From Acidimicrobiales bacterium (lineage in GTDB: Bacteria > Actinomycetota > Acidimicrobiia > Acidimicrobiales > Bin134): a stretch of DNA of 64,000 nt. Shown here one piece after another: positions 25,442-35,412 of this stretch (position 1 is the first letter of the stretch; every line of letters begins with the position of its first letter). The position numbers were made by a program, and so were the translations under genes. Under the pieces are notes generated by a model that ran no database searches, was not told where the DNA came from, and saw nothing but the letters and a program-made list of their open reading frames with translations. The stretch covers positions 2,396,909-2,460,908 of the forward strand of contig OZ220474.1 of assembly GCA_965115985.1 (NCBI GenBank), read 5' to 3'.

Positions 25442-27861
25442 CGGGGCCTCCCCACGCTCAGGACCGCAGCGTGATCGACGTCCTCGCTGGGCCGGGGGAG
25501 CGGCACCGGGGTCTTGGCCGGTTTCCCGTTCTCGTCCACCTCGGCCAGCAGGTCGGCCGGTGGGGCCACCACCGCCATGGCCGGCTCTTCCTCCCCGGAC
25601 CCGGCCAATGCCGTGCCCAGCCCCCCCCGAGCGGTGGCCGGAATGTCGGTCACCGGGGTTATGGCCACCGACCCCCCGGTACCCACTGCGATGACCGCCT
25701 CGTTCCCGCTCGCCCCTCCGGCGGCGATGATCCGGTCGTCGTTTCGCAGCTTCATGCCCACGACCCCGGTTGCGCCCCGCCCCTGCACCGGAACCGATGC
25801 GACGGGAGCTCGCAGTGCCCGCCCTTGGGCGCTGACCAGCACCATCTCCGCGGCCTCCGGGGCGTAGAACGCGGCGACGACCCGGTCGCCGGGCTTCAGC
25901 TTGATGATCTGCTTGGTCATCCGGCCCCGGTCGGCCTCGGACAGATCGACCCGCTTCACCGTGCCCGAGGTGGTGACCATCACCAGAGGATCGTCGCCCG
26001 GCGTGACCAGGGTCAGCACCGCCTCGCTGCGCATGGTGCCGAACACCTCCGACGCCGGTGCCCCCCGGCTGCGACCGGCAACCTCGGGGAGCGACGAGAC
26101 CGACGAGGCGACGACCCGCCCCCCCGAGGTCACCGCCAGAATCGTGTCCGTGGCATCGGCCTCCACCGATGCGGCCAGCACGTCGTGTCGTCCGAACCGG
26201 GATCGACGACGTCCCCCCACCGGGGCCCGCCCCACGACTCCGGTGGTGGACAACGTGATCACGTACGGCCCATCGGTCGATGCGGTCAGCTCGGCCGTCG
26301 GAGTGGCCTCGTACACCGGGGCGTCCTGGTGGGCCACGATCTCGGTGCGGCGATCCTGTCCGAACCGCTCCACCAGATCGTCCAGTTCCCTCAGAACCAC
26401 CGTGCGCCGGCGCGGCTCCGAGCCCAGCAGCTTCTCCAACTCCTCGACCAGGGCGATCAGCTCGTTGCGCTCGTCGATGATCCTCTGCTTCTCCAGTGCG
26501 GTGAGTCGCCGAAGCTGCATGTCAAGGATGTGAGCGGCCTGGGTCTCGGTCAGCTCCAGGGCGTCCTGCAACCGCCGGCGGGCCACCCCGGCGTCGTCGG
26601 ACCCCCGGATGATGGCCACCACCTCGTCGATGTTGTCCAGGGCGATGATGAGCCCCTCCAGAATGTGGAGGCGGTCCCGGGCCCGTCCCAGGCGGTACCG
26701 GGTGCGGCGCACCACCACGTCGAGGCGGTGGTCGATGTAGTGTTGGCACAGATCGGCCAGGCCGACGGTGGTGGGCACCCCGTGTACCAGCACCACGTTG
26801 TTGACCGCGAAGGTCTCCTCCAGGGGGGTGAGACGGCACAGGTCGTGGTACAGCTTCTCGGGAGCCACGTGGGGCTCGCATTCGATGAGGATGCGAAGAC
26901 CGTGGTGGCGGTCGGACAGGTTGCGGGCGTCGTGGACTCCGGGCAGCTTGCCGTCCACGATCAAATCGTTGATGCGCTTCACCACCTTCTCGGGCCCCAC
27001 CATGTAGGGCAGCTCGGTGACCTCGATGCCCCAGCGGCTGCGGGTGAGCCGCACCGGGTTCATCCTGGCCTGGATGCGGAACGAGCCCCGGCCGGTGGCC
27101 ATGGCCTGGCGCAACCCTCCGTCCTCGAGGTCGATGATCCTTCCCCCGGTGGGGAAGTCGGGGCCGGGCAGCACCTCCAGCAACTCGTCGATGGTCGGCT
27201 TGGGGCGGCGCTTGTTCATCACCAGCCTGATGGCCTCGGCCACCTCCCGCAGGTTGTGGGGAGCCATGTTGGTGGCCATGCCCACCGCGATCCCGGTGGT
27301 GCCGTTCACCAGCAGGTTGGGCAATCGCCCCGGCAGGCACTCGGGCTCGACGCTCTCCCCGTCGTAGGTGGACCGGTGATCCACGGTGTCCTCGTCGATC
27401 TCGGCCAGCATCTCCATGGCCGCCTCGGCCAGGCGGCACTCGGTGTAGCGGGGGGCGGCCGGAGGGTCGTCGGGGGTGCCGAAGTTGCCGTGGGGATCGA
27501 TCAACGGGACGGGCCGGGAGAACTCCTGGGCCAGTCGCACGAGGGCGTCGTAGATGGCGGCGTCCCCGTGGGGGTGGTACTTGCCCATGGTGTCGCCCAC
27601 CACCCGGGCGCTCTTGCGGTGGGGTCCGTCGGGGCGGATCCCCATGTTCAGCATCGAGTAGAGGATGCGGCGCTGAACCGGCTTCAGACCGTCGCGAGCA
27701 TCGGGGATGGCCCGGGAGGTGATGACCGACAGGGAGTAGGCCAGGAAAGACTCCGACATCTCGTCGGCCACCGGGACGTTCACCAGATCGCGGGCGAAAT
27801 CGACCCCGCTCCCGGGGTCGTCGGACCCGGTGGGGAGTGATAACTGTGTTGGTTGGGCCAT
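25435..27861 (-). CDS. Type IIA topoisomerase DNA-cleavage subunit (GyrA/ParC/TopoN-like)
   Basis: The catalytic [10 protein letters not shown] tyrosine region and a beta-pinwheel C-terminal domain are present. No canonical GyrA-box QxRGGxG was seen by eye. 808 aa. Confidence 0.9.
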   Translation of the reverse strand: MAQPTQLSLPTGSDDPGSGVDFARDLVNVPVADEMSESFLAYSLSVITSRAIPDARDGLKPVQRRILYSMLNMGIRPDGPHRKSARVVGDTMGKYHPHGDAAIYDALVRLAQEFSRPVPLIDPHGNFGTPDDPPAAPRYTECRLAEAAMEMLAEIDEDTVDHRSTYDGESVEPECLPGRLPNLLVNGTTGIAVGMATNMAPHNLREVAEAIRLVMNKRRPKPTIDELLEVLPGPDFPTGGRIIDLEDGGLRQAMATGRGSFRIQARMNPVRLTRSRWGIEVTELPYMVGPEKVVKRINDLIVDGKLPGVHDARNLSDRHHGLRILIECEPHVAPEKLYHDLCRLTPLEETFAVNNVVLVHGVPTTVGLADLCQHYIDHRLDVVVRRTRYRLGRARDRLHILEGLIIALDNIDEVVAIIRGSDDAGVARRRLQDALELTETQAAHILDMQLRRLTALEKQRIIDERNELIALVEELEKLLGSEPRRRTVVLRELDDLVERFGQDRRTEIVAHQDAPVYEATPTAELTASTDGPYVITLSTTGVVGRAPVGGRRRSRFGRHDVLAASVEADATDTILAVTSGGRVVASSVSSLPEVAGRSRGAPASEVFGTMRSEAVLTLVTPGDDPLVMVTTSGTVKRVDLSEADRGRMTKQIIKLKPGDRVVAAFYAPEAAEMVLVSAQGRALRAPVASVPVQGRGATGVVGMKLRNDDRIIAAGGASGNEAVIAVGTGGSVAITPVTDIPATARGGLGTALAGSGEEEPAMAVVAPPADLLAEVDENGKPAKTPVPLPRPSEDVDHAAVLSVGRPRW

Positions 27862-27912
27862 GATTGCCTTGGCAGTTTCTCGGGGGCGAAACAGGGTTGT
27901 TGCGCCCGATTA

Positions 27913-28025
27913 GACGGTACCCGGTGGCGGTGACGGTTATGGGGCAATCCGGCACCGCCTGGATACCGACAAGGTGGTGACGGTACCCGGTGGCGGTGAC
28001 GGTTATGGGGCAATCCGGCACCGCC
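27913..28025. repeat. 66-bp-period duplication (47-nt core x2) between the GT2 stop and the topoisomerase start
   Basis: gacggtacccggtggcggtgacggttatggggcaatccggcaccgcc occurs at 27913 and 27979. Confidence 0.9.
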
Positions 28026-28047
28026 GCGGGCAATCAGTGCGGGCGGG

Positions 28048-28968
28048 TCATAGTTGTTGTGTTGGGGCGGCGGGGATGCGGGTGCGGCTGAGGCGCACGG
28101 TCTGGCCGAAGGAACGAACGGCGGCTCGAAGCGCTCTCAGGCCGAGCATGGACACCTGTCCGGTGGTGCGATCCCGGTGGGGCACGGGCACTTCGGCCAG
28201 GTGGCCCCCGGATCGGGCCAGCATCCCCGAGAGCACCACGTTGGGGGCGAAGGTGTCGTCGGGGATTAGCGCCACCAACCGGGCCAGCACGGTCGAGCGC
28301 ATGAGTCGGTAGGGGCAGTTCACGTCGGCCAGCTTGCAGCCGAAGGCGGCTCGGGCGGTGAACCGGGCCACCCGGGAGATGGCCCGCCGCCCCGGTGACT
28401 GGTTCCGATTGGTGCGGATGCCGATGACCGCGTCCACCTCGCGGCGCAGGTTCCACAGCTCGCCGAATGCGTCGGCGGGCATCTCGTCGTCGGAGTCGGT
28501 CTGGAACACCCAGTCGGCGGTGATCACCCCCCGTCGGTAGCCCCGCAGCACGGTGGGCCCGTGTCCGCTATTGGCCTTGACGTCCACCACCAGGCAAGGG
28601 TGGTGCTCGGCCACCTCCCGCAGGATCTCCTCGCTGGCATCGGTGGCCCCGTCCACGATGGTCACCAGCTCGTAGCGGATTCCCAGGCGGTCGAGAACCC
28701 CGAGCCAGTCATCGACCACCTTGGCGATGATCCCCTCCTCGTTGTGTACCGGCATGACCACGCTCAGATCCAGCCGTTCGTCCGGTGGGGTGGTGGTCAT
28801 TGCCGCCGGTTCCAGGCGTTCGTCCGGTGGGGTGGTGGTCATTGCCGCCGGTTCCAGCCGTTCGTCCGGTGGGGTGGTGGATGTCACTTCGGGCTCGGTA
28901 CCGGCCGATGATTGCCGGTGGGGGTTGCCAGTGGTTGATGCCGCAGTCGCCTCGGGTTCGGCGGTCAC
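28048..28968 (-). CDS. Family-2 glycosyltransferase (Dpm1/polyprenol-phosphate type)
   Basis: VVMPVHNEEG...DGATD...DSDDE motifs. GTG 28968 overlaps the SDR stop (GTGA). Alternative ATGs lie inside the repeat (for example 28800). Confidence 0.8.
   Translation of the reverse strand: MTAEPEATAASTTGNPHRQSSAGTEPEVTSTTPPDERLEPAAMTTTPPDERLEPAAMTTTPPDERLDLSVVMPVHNEEGIIAKVVDDWLGVLDRLGIRYELVTIVDGATDASEEILREVAEHHPCLVVDVKANSGHGPTVLRGYRRGVITADWVFQTDSDDEMPADAFGELWNLRREVDAVIGIRTNRNQSPGRRAISRVARFTARAAFGCKLADVNCPYRLMRSTVLARLVALIPDDTFAPNVVLSGMLARSGGHLAEVPVPHRDRTTGQVSMLGLRALRAAVRSFGQTVRLSRTRIPAAPTQQL
28770..28890. repeat. 42-bp in-frame tandem repeat x2.9 in the GT2 N-terminus
   Basis: It encodes TTPPDERLEPAAM x3. 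Each copy carries an ATG. Confidence 0.9.
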
Positions 28969-29900
28969 CCCTCGGGGGTGCTTTCAGCCAGAAGCCGGGC
29001 CTCCTTGTCGGCCAGGACGGCACCGCTCAGGTCGTAGCGGATGGCGGCGGTGTTGGGCTCCGGCCCGTCCCAGCCGGGCAGCAGACCCCGCTCGTGGCAG
29101 AAGAACTGGGCCTCCACATTGGTGCCGTTCAGTTCCCGGGCCTCGGGGTCGGTGGCCAGCCAGGCCACCACCGCGCCGATCACGTCGGGAGGTTGACCGG
29201 TGTCGTCGAAGCCGAACTGGGCCATGTCCTGGGCGATGCGTTCGGTGGAGATGTAGCCGGGCTGCACGTTGAAGGCGTTGATGCCGTCGTCGCCGTGCTC
29301 CACGGCCAAGAACCCGGCCACCCGATGGAAGGCCCCCTTGCTGATGCCGTAGCCCATGCCCCATCCCCCGCCCCCGGCCGCTGCGGTGGGATCGGCATAG
29401 CCCGAGGCCGAGGTGATGTTCACGATGGTGCCGTGTCCCCGCTCGATCATTCGGGGCAGGAACGCCTTGGTCAGCACCAGCGGGGCCAGGCAGTTGGCCC
29501 GCAGGTGGCGGTCCAGCAGCTCGATGGGGGTATCCAGCAGGCGGTCCATGTGGCCCGGTCCGATATAGCGTCCGTTGTTCACCAGCACGTCCACCCGACC
29601 CCAACGTTCCAGTACCGTGGCGGCCGCGGCCCCCAGGGAGGCGTCGTCGAGCAGGTCGGCGGCCACGATCAGCGCCTCGCCCCCGGCCTCGGCCACCAGG
29701 GCCGCGGTGGACGACAGGCTGCCCGGCAGCGGCGAGGTGTCCGACCGCTTGACGGTGGACGAATGCTCCCGCTCCTCGCCCTCCCGGACGGTCCGGGCCG
29801 ACACCGCGACGTCGAAACCCGCCCGAGCCAGATGCACCGAACACGCCTTGCCGATCCCCCGACTGGCCCCGGTGACGAACGCCACCGGTCGGTCACCCAT
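28965..29900 (-). CDS. Short-chain dehydrogenase/reductase
   Basis: VAFVTGASRGIGKA and YGISKGA motifs. ATG 29900 is in the downstream copy of the duplicated junction. Confidence 0.85.
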   Translation of the reverse strand: MGDRPVAFVTGASRGIGKACSVHLARAGFDVAVSARTVREGEEREHSSTVKRSDTSPLPGSLSSTAALVAEAGGEALIVAADLLDDASLGAAAATVLERWGRVDVLVNNGRYIGPGHMDRLLDTPIELLDRHLRANCLAPLVLTKAFLPRMIERGHGTIVNITSASGYADPTAAAGGGGWGMGYGISKGAFHRVAGFLAVEHGDDGINAFNVQPGYISTERIAQDMAQFGFDDTGQPPDVIGAVVAWLATDPEARELNGTNVEAQFFCHERGLLPGWDGPEPNTAAIRYDLSGAVLADKEARLLAESTPEG

Positions 29901-29968
29901 GGCGGAACCCTGGGCGGGGCCGAACCGTTCCCGACGGTGGGACCACCGCCCGGTCACCCATGGCGGAA
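29885..29968. repeat. 61-bp-period duplication of the ATGGGTGA stop/start junction
   Basis: ggtcacccatggcggaa occurs at 29891 and 29952. Confidence 0.85.
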
Positions 29969-30442
29969 GCTCTTTCCGTGCCAGTCGCTTCGCAGCTCGT
30001 CGGGGGCTTCGGGCACCGGGCCGCGCACCCACTGGGGTACGGCGGTTCGGGCGGTGATGAGCCAGCGGTCGCCGAATCGGGCCACGTCGTCGCAGTAGCG
30101 CAGCCCCAGGACGAGATCATCGATGCCCGACTCCTCCGGTTGCATGTGGTAGGCCACCGCGTAGGTCTCCACATGGCCCTCGTCGGCTCCCTCGACCAGA
30201 TCCACGTACTGGTTGCCCATCACGTGCAGGGTGGCCTCGAACTTGGCCAGCTCCTTTTCCGTCCAGTCCAGGTAGGGGTCCAGCGGCCCCGACACCACTG
30301 TCCCGTGGACGACGCAGTCGGGGTGGAAGTTGGATCGCACCAGGTCGAAATCGATGCGATCGATTCCCCGGGCGTACCGCTGGGGGAGATCCTTGATCAA
30401 CTCCCGATCCTTCAACCATTGCACCGTGGACTCGATGCTCAT
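29954..30442 (-). CDS. SnoaL/NTF2-like fold protein
   Basis: 162 aa. LIKDLPQRYARGIDRIDFDLVRSNFHPDCV is typical of SnoaL_4 proteins. Confidence 0.7.
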   Translation of the reverse strand: MSIESTVQWLKDRELIKDLPQRYARGIDRIDFDLVRSNFHPDCVVHGTVVSGPLDPYLDWTEKELAKFEATLHVMGNQYVDLVEGADEGHVETYAVAYHMQPEESGIDDLVLGLRYCDDVARFGDRWLITARTAVPQWVRGPVPEAPDELRSDWHGKSFRHG

Positions 30443-30495
30443 TGTTGCCTCCCTTGTCCCTGTTCGATCAGTTCTTGTCGCGCTACGGTTGCCCC

Positions 30496-32064
30496 ATGAA
30501 AGAGCTGATATATCACCGGCTGTTCTACCCGGCAGTGGAACGGTACGCCAACAAGGAGGCCATTGTCGACGGCGGCCACCGGGCGAGCTTCGAGGCCCAC
30601 GGGGAGCGGGTCACCCGACTGGCCAACGCCATGGGAAGCGAACTGGGGGTCAAAAAGGGCGACCGGGTGGCCATCATGGCCCTCAACAGTGCGGCCTACC
30701 TGGAGCTCTACCATGCCTGCTACCTGGGCGCGGGCGTCATCAATCCCTTGAACCTGCGGTTGGCCGGCCCCGAGCTGGACTACATCGTGCGGGACTCGGG
30801 CACCGAGGTGGCGTTCGTGGATCCCTTCTTCGCCGAACCGTTCGCAAAAGCCATGGAGGCGGCCGGCGGCAGCAGTCCCATCCGCACCGTGGTGCTCATC
30901 GGTTCGGGCGACGGGCCCCACGACGTGGCCTACGAGGACTTGATCGCCGCGGGCGACAACATCGTCCCCCCGGAGCCCGAGGAGGACGATCCGGTGGTGC
31001 TCATGTACACCGGGGGCACCACCGGCCTGCCCAAGGGAGTGCTGATCCAGCAGCGGGCCGAGATGCTCAACGTGTACCACGTGGTCATCGGATTGGGTGG
31101 TCTGGTGGACAGCGAGGTGTTCTTGAGCCAGACCCCGCTGTTCCACGCCGCCTCCATGGCCAGCTTGTTGTCCATTCCCGCCGCCGGGTCCAAGATGGTG
31201 ACCATTCCCGCGTTCGATCCGGCCGGGGTGATGAACCTCATCGAGGCCGAGGGGGTCACCCAGACGGTGATGGTGCCCACCATGATCGGGATGTGCATCC
31301 AGCACCCCGAGTACCGACCCGACCGGCTGGGTTCTCTGCGCGAGCTGGTCTACGGGGCCTCGCCCATGCCCGAGGCCATCCTCGACCACCTTCTGGAGCA
31401 CCTGCCGGATGTGAGCCTGCTTCAGGGCTACGGAATGACCGAGTGCTCGTCGGTGCTCACCTTTTTGCCCCCCGAGGACCACGTGGTCGGCAGCCCCCGG
31501 TTGCGGTCGGTGGGTCGCCCGCTGTTCGGGGTCACCCTGTCCATTCGGGACGAGGACGGCAACGTTCTGCCCGATGGGGAGGTCGGCGAGGTGTGCGCCC
31601 GGGCCGGCAACTTCATGAAGGAGTACTGGAACAAGCCCGAGGCCACCGCCGAGGCGTTCCGGGACGGCTGGTACCGCACCGGCGACGCCGGTTACCTGGA
31701 CGACGAGGGGTATTTGTTCCTGGTCGACCGGGTGAAGGACATGATCGTCTCCGGCGGCGAGAACGTGTACTCCTCCGAGGTGGAGAGCGCCATCTCCACC
31801 CATCCGGGCATCGCCCAGGTGGCGGTGATCGGCATTCCCGACCCGGTATGGGGAGAGGCGGTCCATGCCGTGGTGGTTCCCGTACCGGGCCAGGAGTTGA
31901 CCGAAGACGAGGTCTGCGAACACGCCCGCCGATCCATTGCCGGCTACAAAGTGCCCAAATCCGTGGAGTTCCGCTCGGAACCCCTCCCCCTGTCCGGGGC
32001 CATGAAGGTGCTCAAACGAGAACTGCGGGCCCCCTACTGGGAGAGTGGGGACAACAACATCTGA
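30496..32064 (+). CDS. AMP-dependent acyl-CoA synthetase/ligase (FadD-like)
   Basis: LMYTGGTTGLPKGV AMP-binding motif, YRTGD, GENVYS and a C-terminal K. ATG 30496 (MKELIYHRL). Confidence 0.9.
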   Translation: MKELIYHRLFYPAVERYANKEAIVDGGHRASFEAHGERVTRLANAMGSELGVKKGDRVAIMALNSAAYLELYHACYLGAGVINPLNLRLAGPELDYIVRDSGTEVAFVDPFFAEPFAKAMEAAGGSSPIRTVVLIGSGDGPHDVAYEDLIAAGDNIVPPEPEEDDPVVLMYTGGTTGLPKGVLIQQRAEMLNVYHVVIGLGGLVDSEVFLSQTPLFHAASMASLLSIPAAGSKMVTIPAFDPAGVMNLIEAEGVTQTVMVPTMIGMCIQHPEYRPDRLGSLRELVYGASPMPEAILDHLLEHLPDVSLLQGYGMTECSSVLTFLPPEDHVVGSPRLRSVGRPLFGVTLSIRDEDGNVLPDGEVGEVCARAGNFMKEYWNKPEATAEAFRDGWYRTGDAGYLDDEGYLFLVDRVKDMIVSGGENVYSSEVESAISTHPGIAQVAVIGIPDPVWGEAVHAVVVPVPGQELTEDEVCEHARRSIAGYKVPKSVEFRSEPLPLSGAMKVLKRELRAPYWESGDNNI

Positions 32065-32126
32065 CTTTTGTTTGATTCCGCCGGTGATCTTTCAAATGGT
32101 CCGGTTGGGGTCCGGTTCAGGGTCTC

Positions 32127-32259
32127 GGGGTTGGTGTTGGGAGGTTGTGGCGAATCGGTCGCAGCGGGGGGCTGGGAGGCTGGTTGTTCAGCGTCTTGGG
32201 GTTGGTGTTGGGGGGTTGTGACGGGTCGGTCGCAGCGGGGGGCTGGGAGGCTGGTTGTT
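32127..32259. repeat. 71-bp-period duplication (62-nt core x2) of the 3' end and stop region of the DUF222-HNH gene
   Basis: ggggttggtgttggg.ggttgtg.....tcggtcgcagcggggggctgggaggctggttgtt occurs at 32127 and 32198. Confidence 0.9.
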
Positions 32260-33534
32260 GTCGGTGGGTTTGGGTGTATGAGGAGATCTCATGACGGACC
32301 GATCGTCCCGGTGGTTGGGGGGTTGACTGTCGCCTGCGGGTTTGGGCGGTTTCTGCCAGGGTGGTCGTAGGTGGTGGCGGCGGGTGTCGGGGTGTTTTTC
32401 GACTTTCCAGTTTTGGTGGTGAATGTTGTGGTGGCAGTCGTGGCAGACCAACACCAAGTTGTTGGCCTGGGTGGGTCCGCCTTTGTGCCAGTGTTCGATG
32501 TGGTGGCTGACGCACCATTCGGGTTGTTTGCCGCAGCCTACGCATCCTTGGTCGCGGGCTACGAGCGTGGCTCGGAGTTGGGGGCTGGGGTGTCGTTGGC
32601 GGCCCAGCGACAGGCATTCGAGGTCGCCGTTGAAGATGCCGGGCAGTATCTCGGCATCGCAGGCGAGTTCGTGGAACTTCTCGGCCGGTAGTGGGGTGCC
32701 GTCGGAGAGGCGGGGCCGACCGAGTTGTTGGTCGATGGTGTCGTAGTCGGCGATGATGACCAGGCTGGTGGGCTGGGGCCGCTCCCGGCTGGTTCCACCA
32801 TCGGCGTGCTCGGTGGTGCGGGTCAACAACTCCGCAATGGCATCGGCCCGACGATGACGAGCATCGAGGCGCTCACGGCCGGTGGTCGCGTACCAGGCCA
32901 TGTCCGTTTTCTGGTTGAGAGCCGCTCGGATGCGCTGCCCGGTCACAGGATCGAACAAGGCGTACAGGCACCACATGCCGTCCTCTTGCTCGCCGAAGGT
33001 GGCCATGCGGGCGTTCCTCTGCCGTTCCAGTCGTTTGGTGCCGTCGTCGCCGACCAACTCGTCTTGATGATCGCGTATCGTGCGGCGGAACTGATCGGGA
33101 GACTCGGTTTCGGCGGCGGCCACCATCTTTTTTTCGTCCAAAGGTCCGGCCTTGGCTGCTCGGCCCAGGATGCGGGCGTGCTCGGAGGTGATACGACTGT
33201 CCACCAACGCGTCACGCGTGGTCGGTAGTTCCTCCAGTTGTTCGGCGTCCTCCAGGATGCGTCGAGCCTTGCGACCCGACTGGCGCAACCCGGCCCTCAG
33301 AGCCTCCTTGGTGTCGTACGCACCGGTGCGGCGGTTCTTCTCGGCCACCGCCTCGGCCAAGAACCCATCCAAACGATTACGGGCACTGCCCAACAGCCGC
33401 AGCCGTGAGTCCAAACCGGCATCGTCCAACCCGGCCACATCCACTGTGTCTATATGCACCCCCGAACCGGCCCCGCCCGTGGGAGCGGGCTGCACCGCTG
33501 CGAGTTTGTCCCTGGTCAGAGGCTTCAAATCCAT
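32188..33534 (-). CDS. DUF222 + HNH endonuclease protein (REP13E12-type family of Actinobacteria)
   Basis: HNH region CVGCGK...HHIEHWHKGGPTQANNLVLVCHDCHHNIH. ATG 33534 lies 7 nt after a TAGACT box. GTG 33540 is also possible. Confidence 0.85.
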   Translation of the reverse strand: MDLKPLTRDKLAAVQPAPTGGAGSGVHIDTVDVAGLDDAGLDSRLRLLGSARNRLDGFLAEAVAEKNRRTGAYDTKEALRAGLRQSGRKARRILEDAEQLEELPTTRDALVDSRITSEHARILGRAAKAGPLDEKKMVAAAETESPDQFRRTIRDHQDELVGDDGTKRLERQRNARMATFGEQEDGMWCLYALFDPVTGQRIRAALNQKTDMAWYATTGRERLDARHRRADAIAELLTRTTEHADGGTSRERPQPTSLVIIADYDTIDQQLGRPRLSDGTPLPAEKFHELACDAEILPGIFNGDLECLSLGRQRHPSPQLRATLVARDQGCVGCGKQPEWCVSHHIEHWHKGGPTQANNLVLVCHDCHHNIHHQNWKVEKHPDTRRHHLRPPWQKPPKPAGDSQPPNHRDDRSVMRSPHTPKPTDNNQPPSPPLRPTRHNPPTPTPRR

Positions 33535-33541
33535 GCCCACC

Positions 33542-33547
33542 AGTCTA
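33542..33547 (-). promoter_or_regulatory. -10-like TAGACT box placed for a leaderless transcript
   Basis: TGTCACAGGTGTCGGTAGACT-N7-ATG. The same arrangement is found upstream of the second DUF222-HNH gene at 49028-49033. Confidence 0.45.
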
Positions 33548-34175
33548 CCGACACCTGTGACAACATCTACTGTGAGCCCTGGTCACCACGAAAAATTGTT
33601 TATAGATAATTGAAAATAGCTGATACTTGCTAATACCGACTCGGAACTTGAAACCCAACCCGTCGCGACCTCCGTTGAAGTTCATCTTTCCTCACCACCA
33701 CCGAGGTCGAGGATGCACATTGAGTTAAGTGGCCCCTGCCCCCCCTGTCTCACCAAACCGCTCACAGGGAGCCGCAGCGGTTCCCGCTCCGATCACCACC
33801 GACAGCCCGAAACCCTGGAGAAGCCGTCCCTTGCCCCCGCAGGTCACCGCCCCGACCACCACCGCCCTACCAAACCCCCCGCTGACTCACTTCTTGCTTC
33901 CTCGCCAAGCCTGGAACTGCATGTGAGTGTGGGCGATCACGGTGCTCCAGCTAAACTCCGCTTCTTGCGCTCCCCCGACAAACCATGTACCTTCCCCGAT
34001 ATCAGCGACAAAACCCGCGAGACTCGTTCCCTCTGCGGCCAGACCTAGATATGACCGGGCTTCGTTTCTGGTTCTCTCTAAATCTGGCTGCGGGTTGTCG
34101 CTGATACGAAAAGTCCGGCTTATTTGTAGGGAACCACCCTTGATGACTACCACCGACCCCTGCTAAAATGTTCTG

Positions 34176-34481
34176 ATGGTCACCCCACCACCAACGGACG
34201 ATACCACCGAGGCCGACAATAACCCGGCCCCGAACACACCACCACCAATCCAACCACCTACAACCACCAAACAAAAGAGACCTTTCTACCATTTTTGGCG
34301 TATAAACTTGCGCAAAGTTTATAGTACTGTTTTTACTGTTATTATGTTTTTAATACCAGTGACAGCAATTAGAACATTGCATTGGCTTGGCCTTTATTAT
34401 TGGATTAGTTTTATAGTTGGTGTAATTGTTGCAGCATTGGTAGCAATTACGCTTACTAGAATAGAAAATATAAAGAGATAA
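34176..34481 (+). CDS. Small membrane protein, paralog 1 (Pro/Thr-rich N-terminus, 2 TM)
   Basis: PPIQPPTTTKQKRPFYHFW is followed by two hydrophobic segments and a basic tail. Confidence 0.55.
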   Translation: MVTPPPTDDTTEADNNPAPNTPPPIQPPTTTKQKRPFYHFWRINLRKVYSTVFTVIMFLIPVTAIRTLHWLGLYYWISFIVGVIVAALVAITLTRIENIKR

Positions 34482-34571
34482 AATCTTAGAATAAAACTTC
34501 CATGACCATGCAGGGGTCGGTGGTGGTCATCAAGGGTGGTTCCATTAGAGATAATCGAGGGGAATACGAAA

Positions 34572-34724
34572 ATGTTTCGCAAGTGTTTGGTGATTACGGT
34601 TTGCCTTACCGTGTTTGCTACGGTGACTCCGGCGGTGCAGGCTCACGACCTGGAGACTGTGACTAGGACGATCCCGGCGGTCACGCGACATGAACCCATT
34701 TACAAGGATGTCGAAGAAACCTAA
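34572..34724 (+). CDS. Small secreted peptide (50 aa)
   Basis: MFRKCLVITVCLTVFATVTPAVQA signal-like N-terminus. A GAGGGG site lies 8 nt upstream. Confidence 0.4.
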   Translation: MFRKCLVITVCLTVFATVTPAVQAHDLETVTRTIPAVTRHEPIYKDVEET

Positions 34725-34770
34725 AAATTGAGGGTTCCCTATATGGAGACTTACAATTTGAGGGTTGGCC

Positions 34771-34779
34771 GTGGTATAA
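34771..34779 (+). promoter_or_regulatory. Extended -10 element TGgTATAAT
   Basis: tggtataat lies about 26 nt upstream of ATG 34805, with GAGAGGAA between them. Confidence 0.35.
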
Positions 34780-34804
34780 TCCGGCTACTTGAGAGGAACT
34801 GCCT

Positions 34805-35113
34805 ATGACAACCACCAACACTCCAACAATGAACAGCACCCCGGACATACCCCCACCACCAACCTAACCACCCACAACTACCGGACAAAATAAGATATGG
34901 TACAAACCCTCCTGGAGTTCCATTAAATATTATTTTTGGAATTTTATTGCGCTGATTATATCAAATACAGTGTCTAATTTTTTGCCCGAACCTTTTTATA
35001 GTCATCGCTATCTTCTTCTTATAATAGTAGGTTCAGGTACCTTAATTATATTTGGTGCAATTGTACCTGGCGCATTGGTTTGGGCATGGTTGCGGTCAAG
35101 ATACGGTCGATGA
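34805..35113 (+). pseudogene. Small membrane protein, paralog 2, with in-frame TAA at 34865-34867
   Basis: MTTTNTPTMNSTPDIPPPPT*PPTTTGQNKIWYKP...LPEPFYSH... is homologous to the neighbours but interrupted. No in-frame ATG follows the stop. Confidence 0.5.
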
Positions 35114-35412
35114 GGAGCCTAAAAGTAATAATCGAGTAACTATCAAGGGGACTGTTAGTTATGAGAAAGCCTTTTGAATTGGTAGTCCCCTAATCGTGGG
35201 TGAGCAAATGGCGGGGTTCCTATAGCAAGCACGACAATAAACACTACAACTACTAAGCTCTTACGAAGCCTCTTTGTGTTCCTCTCGATTATCTTGAGGG
35301 TAACCACCCTTGACGACCACCACTGACCCCTGCTACATGGCCCCGAAAGCTTTAACGTAACATTTTATCTCATAACTAACAACCCCCTCGATAGTTACTC
35401 GATTACTATTAC

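Noticed and set aside
33713-34153. ORFs 33713..34048 (+) and 33887..34153 (-) at the edge of the A+T-rich islet
   Set aside because: They overlap each other. The plus-strand ORF is low-complexity (S/P/H/R-rich). The minus-strand ORF looks more protein-like, but it starts inside a dispersed repeat copy and has no recognisable motif. Neither could be supported well enough to list as a feature.
34520-34669. GDSGG serine-protease motif in an alternative frame (VVVIKGGSIRDNRGEYENVSQVFGDYGLPYRVCYGDSGGAGSRPGDCD)
   Set aside because: The ORF is only 49 codons with no His/Asp catalytic context. It overlaps a better candidate ORF with a clean signal peptide in another frame. The motif is most likely coincidental.
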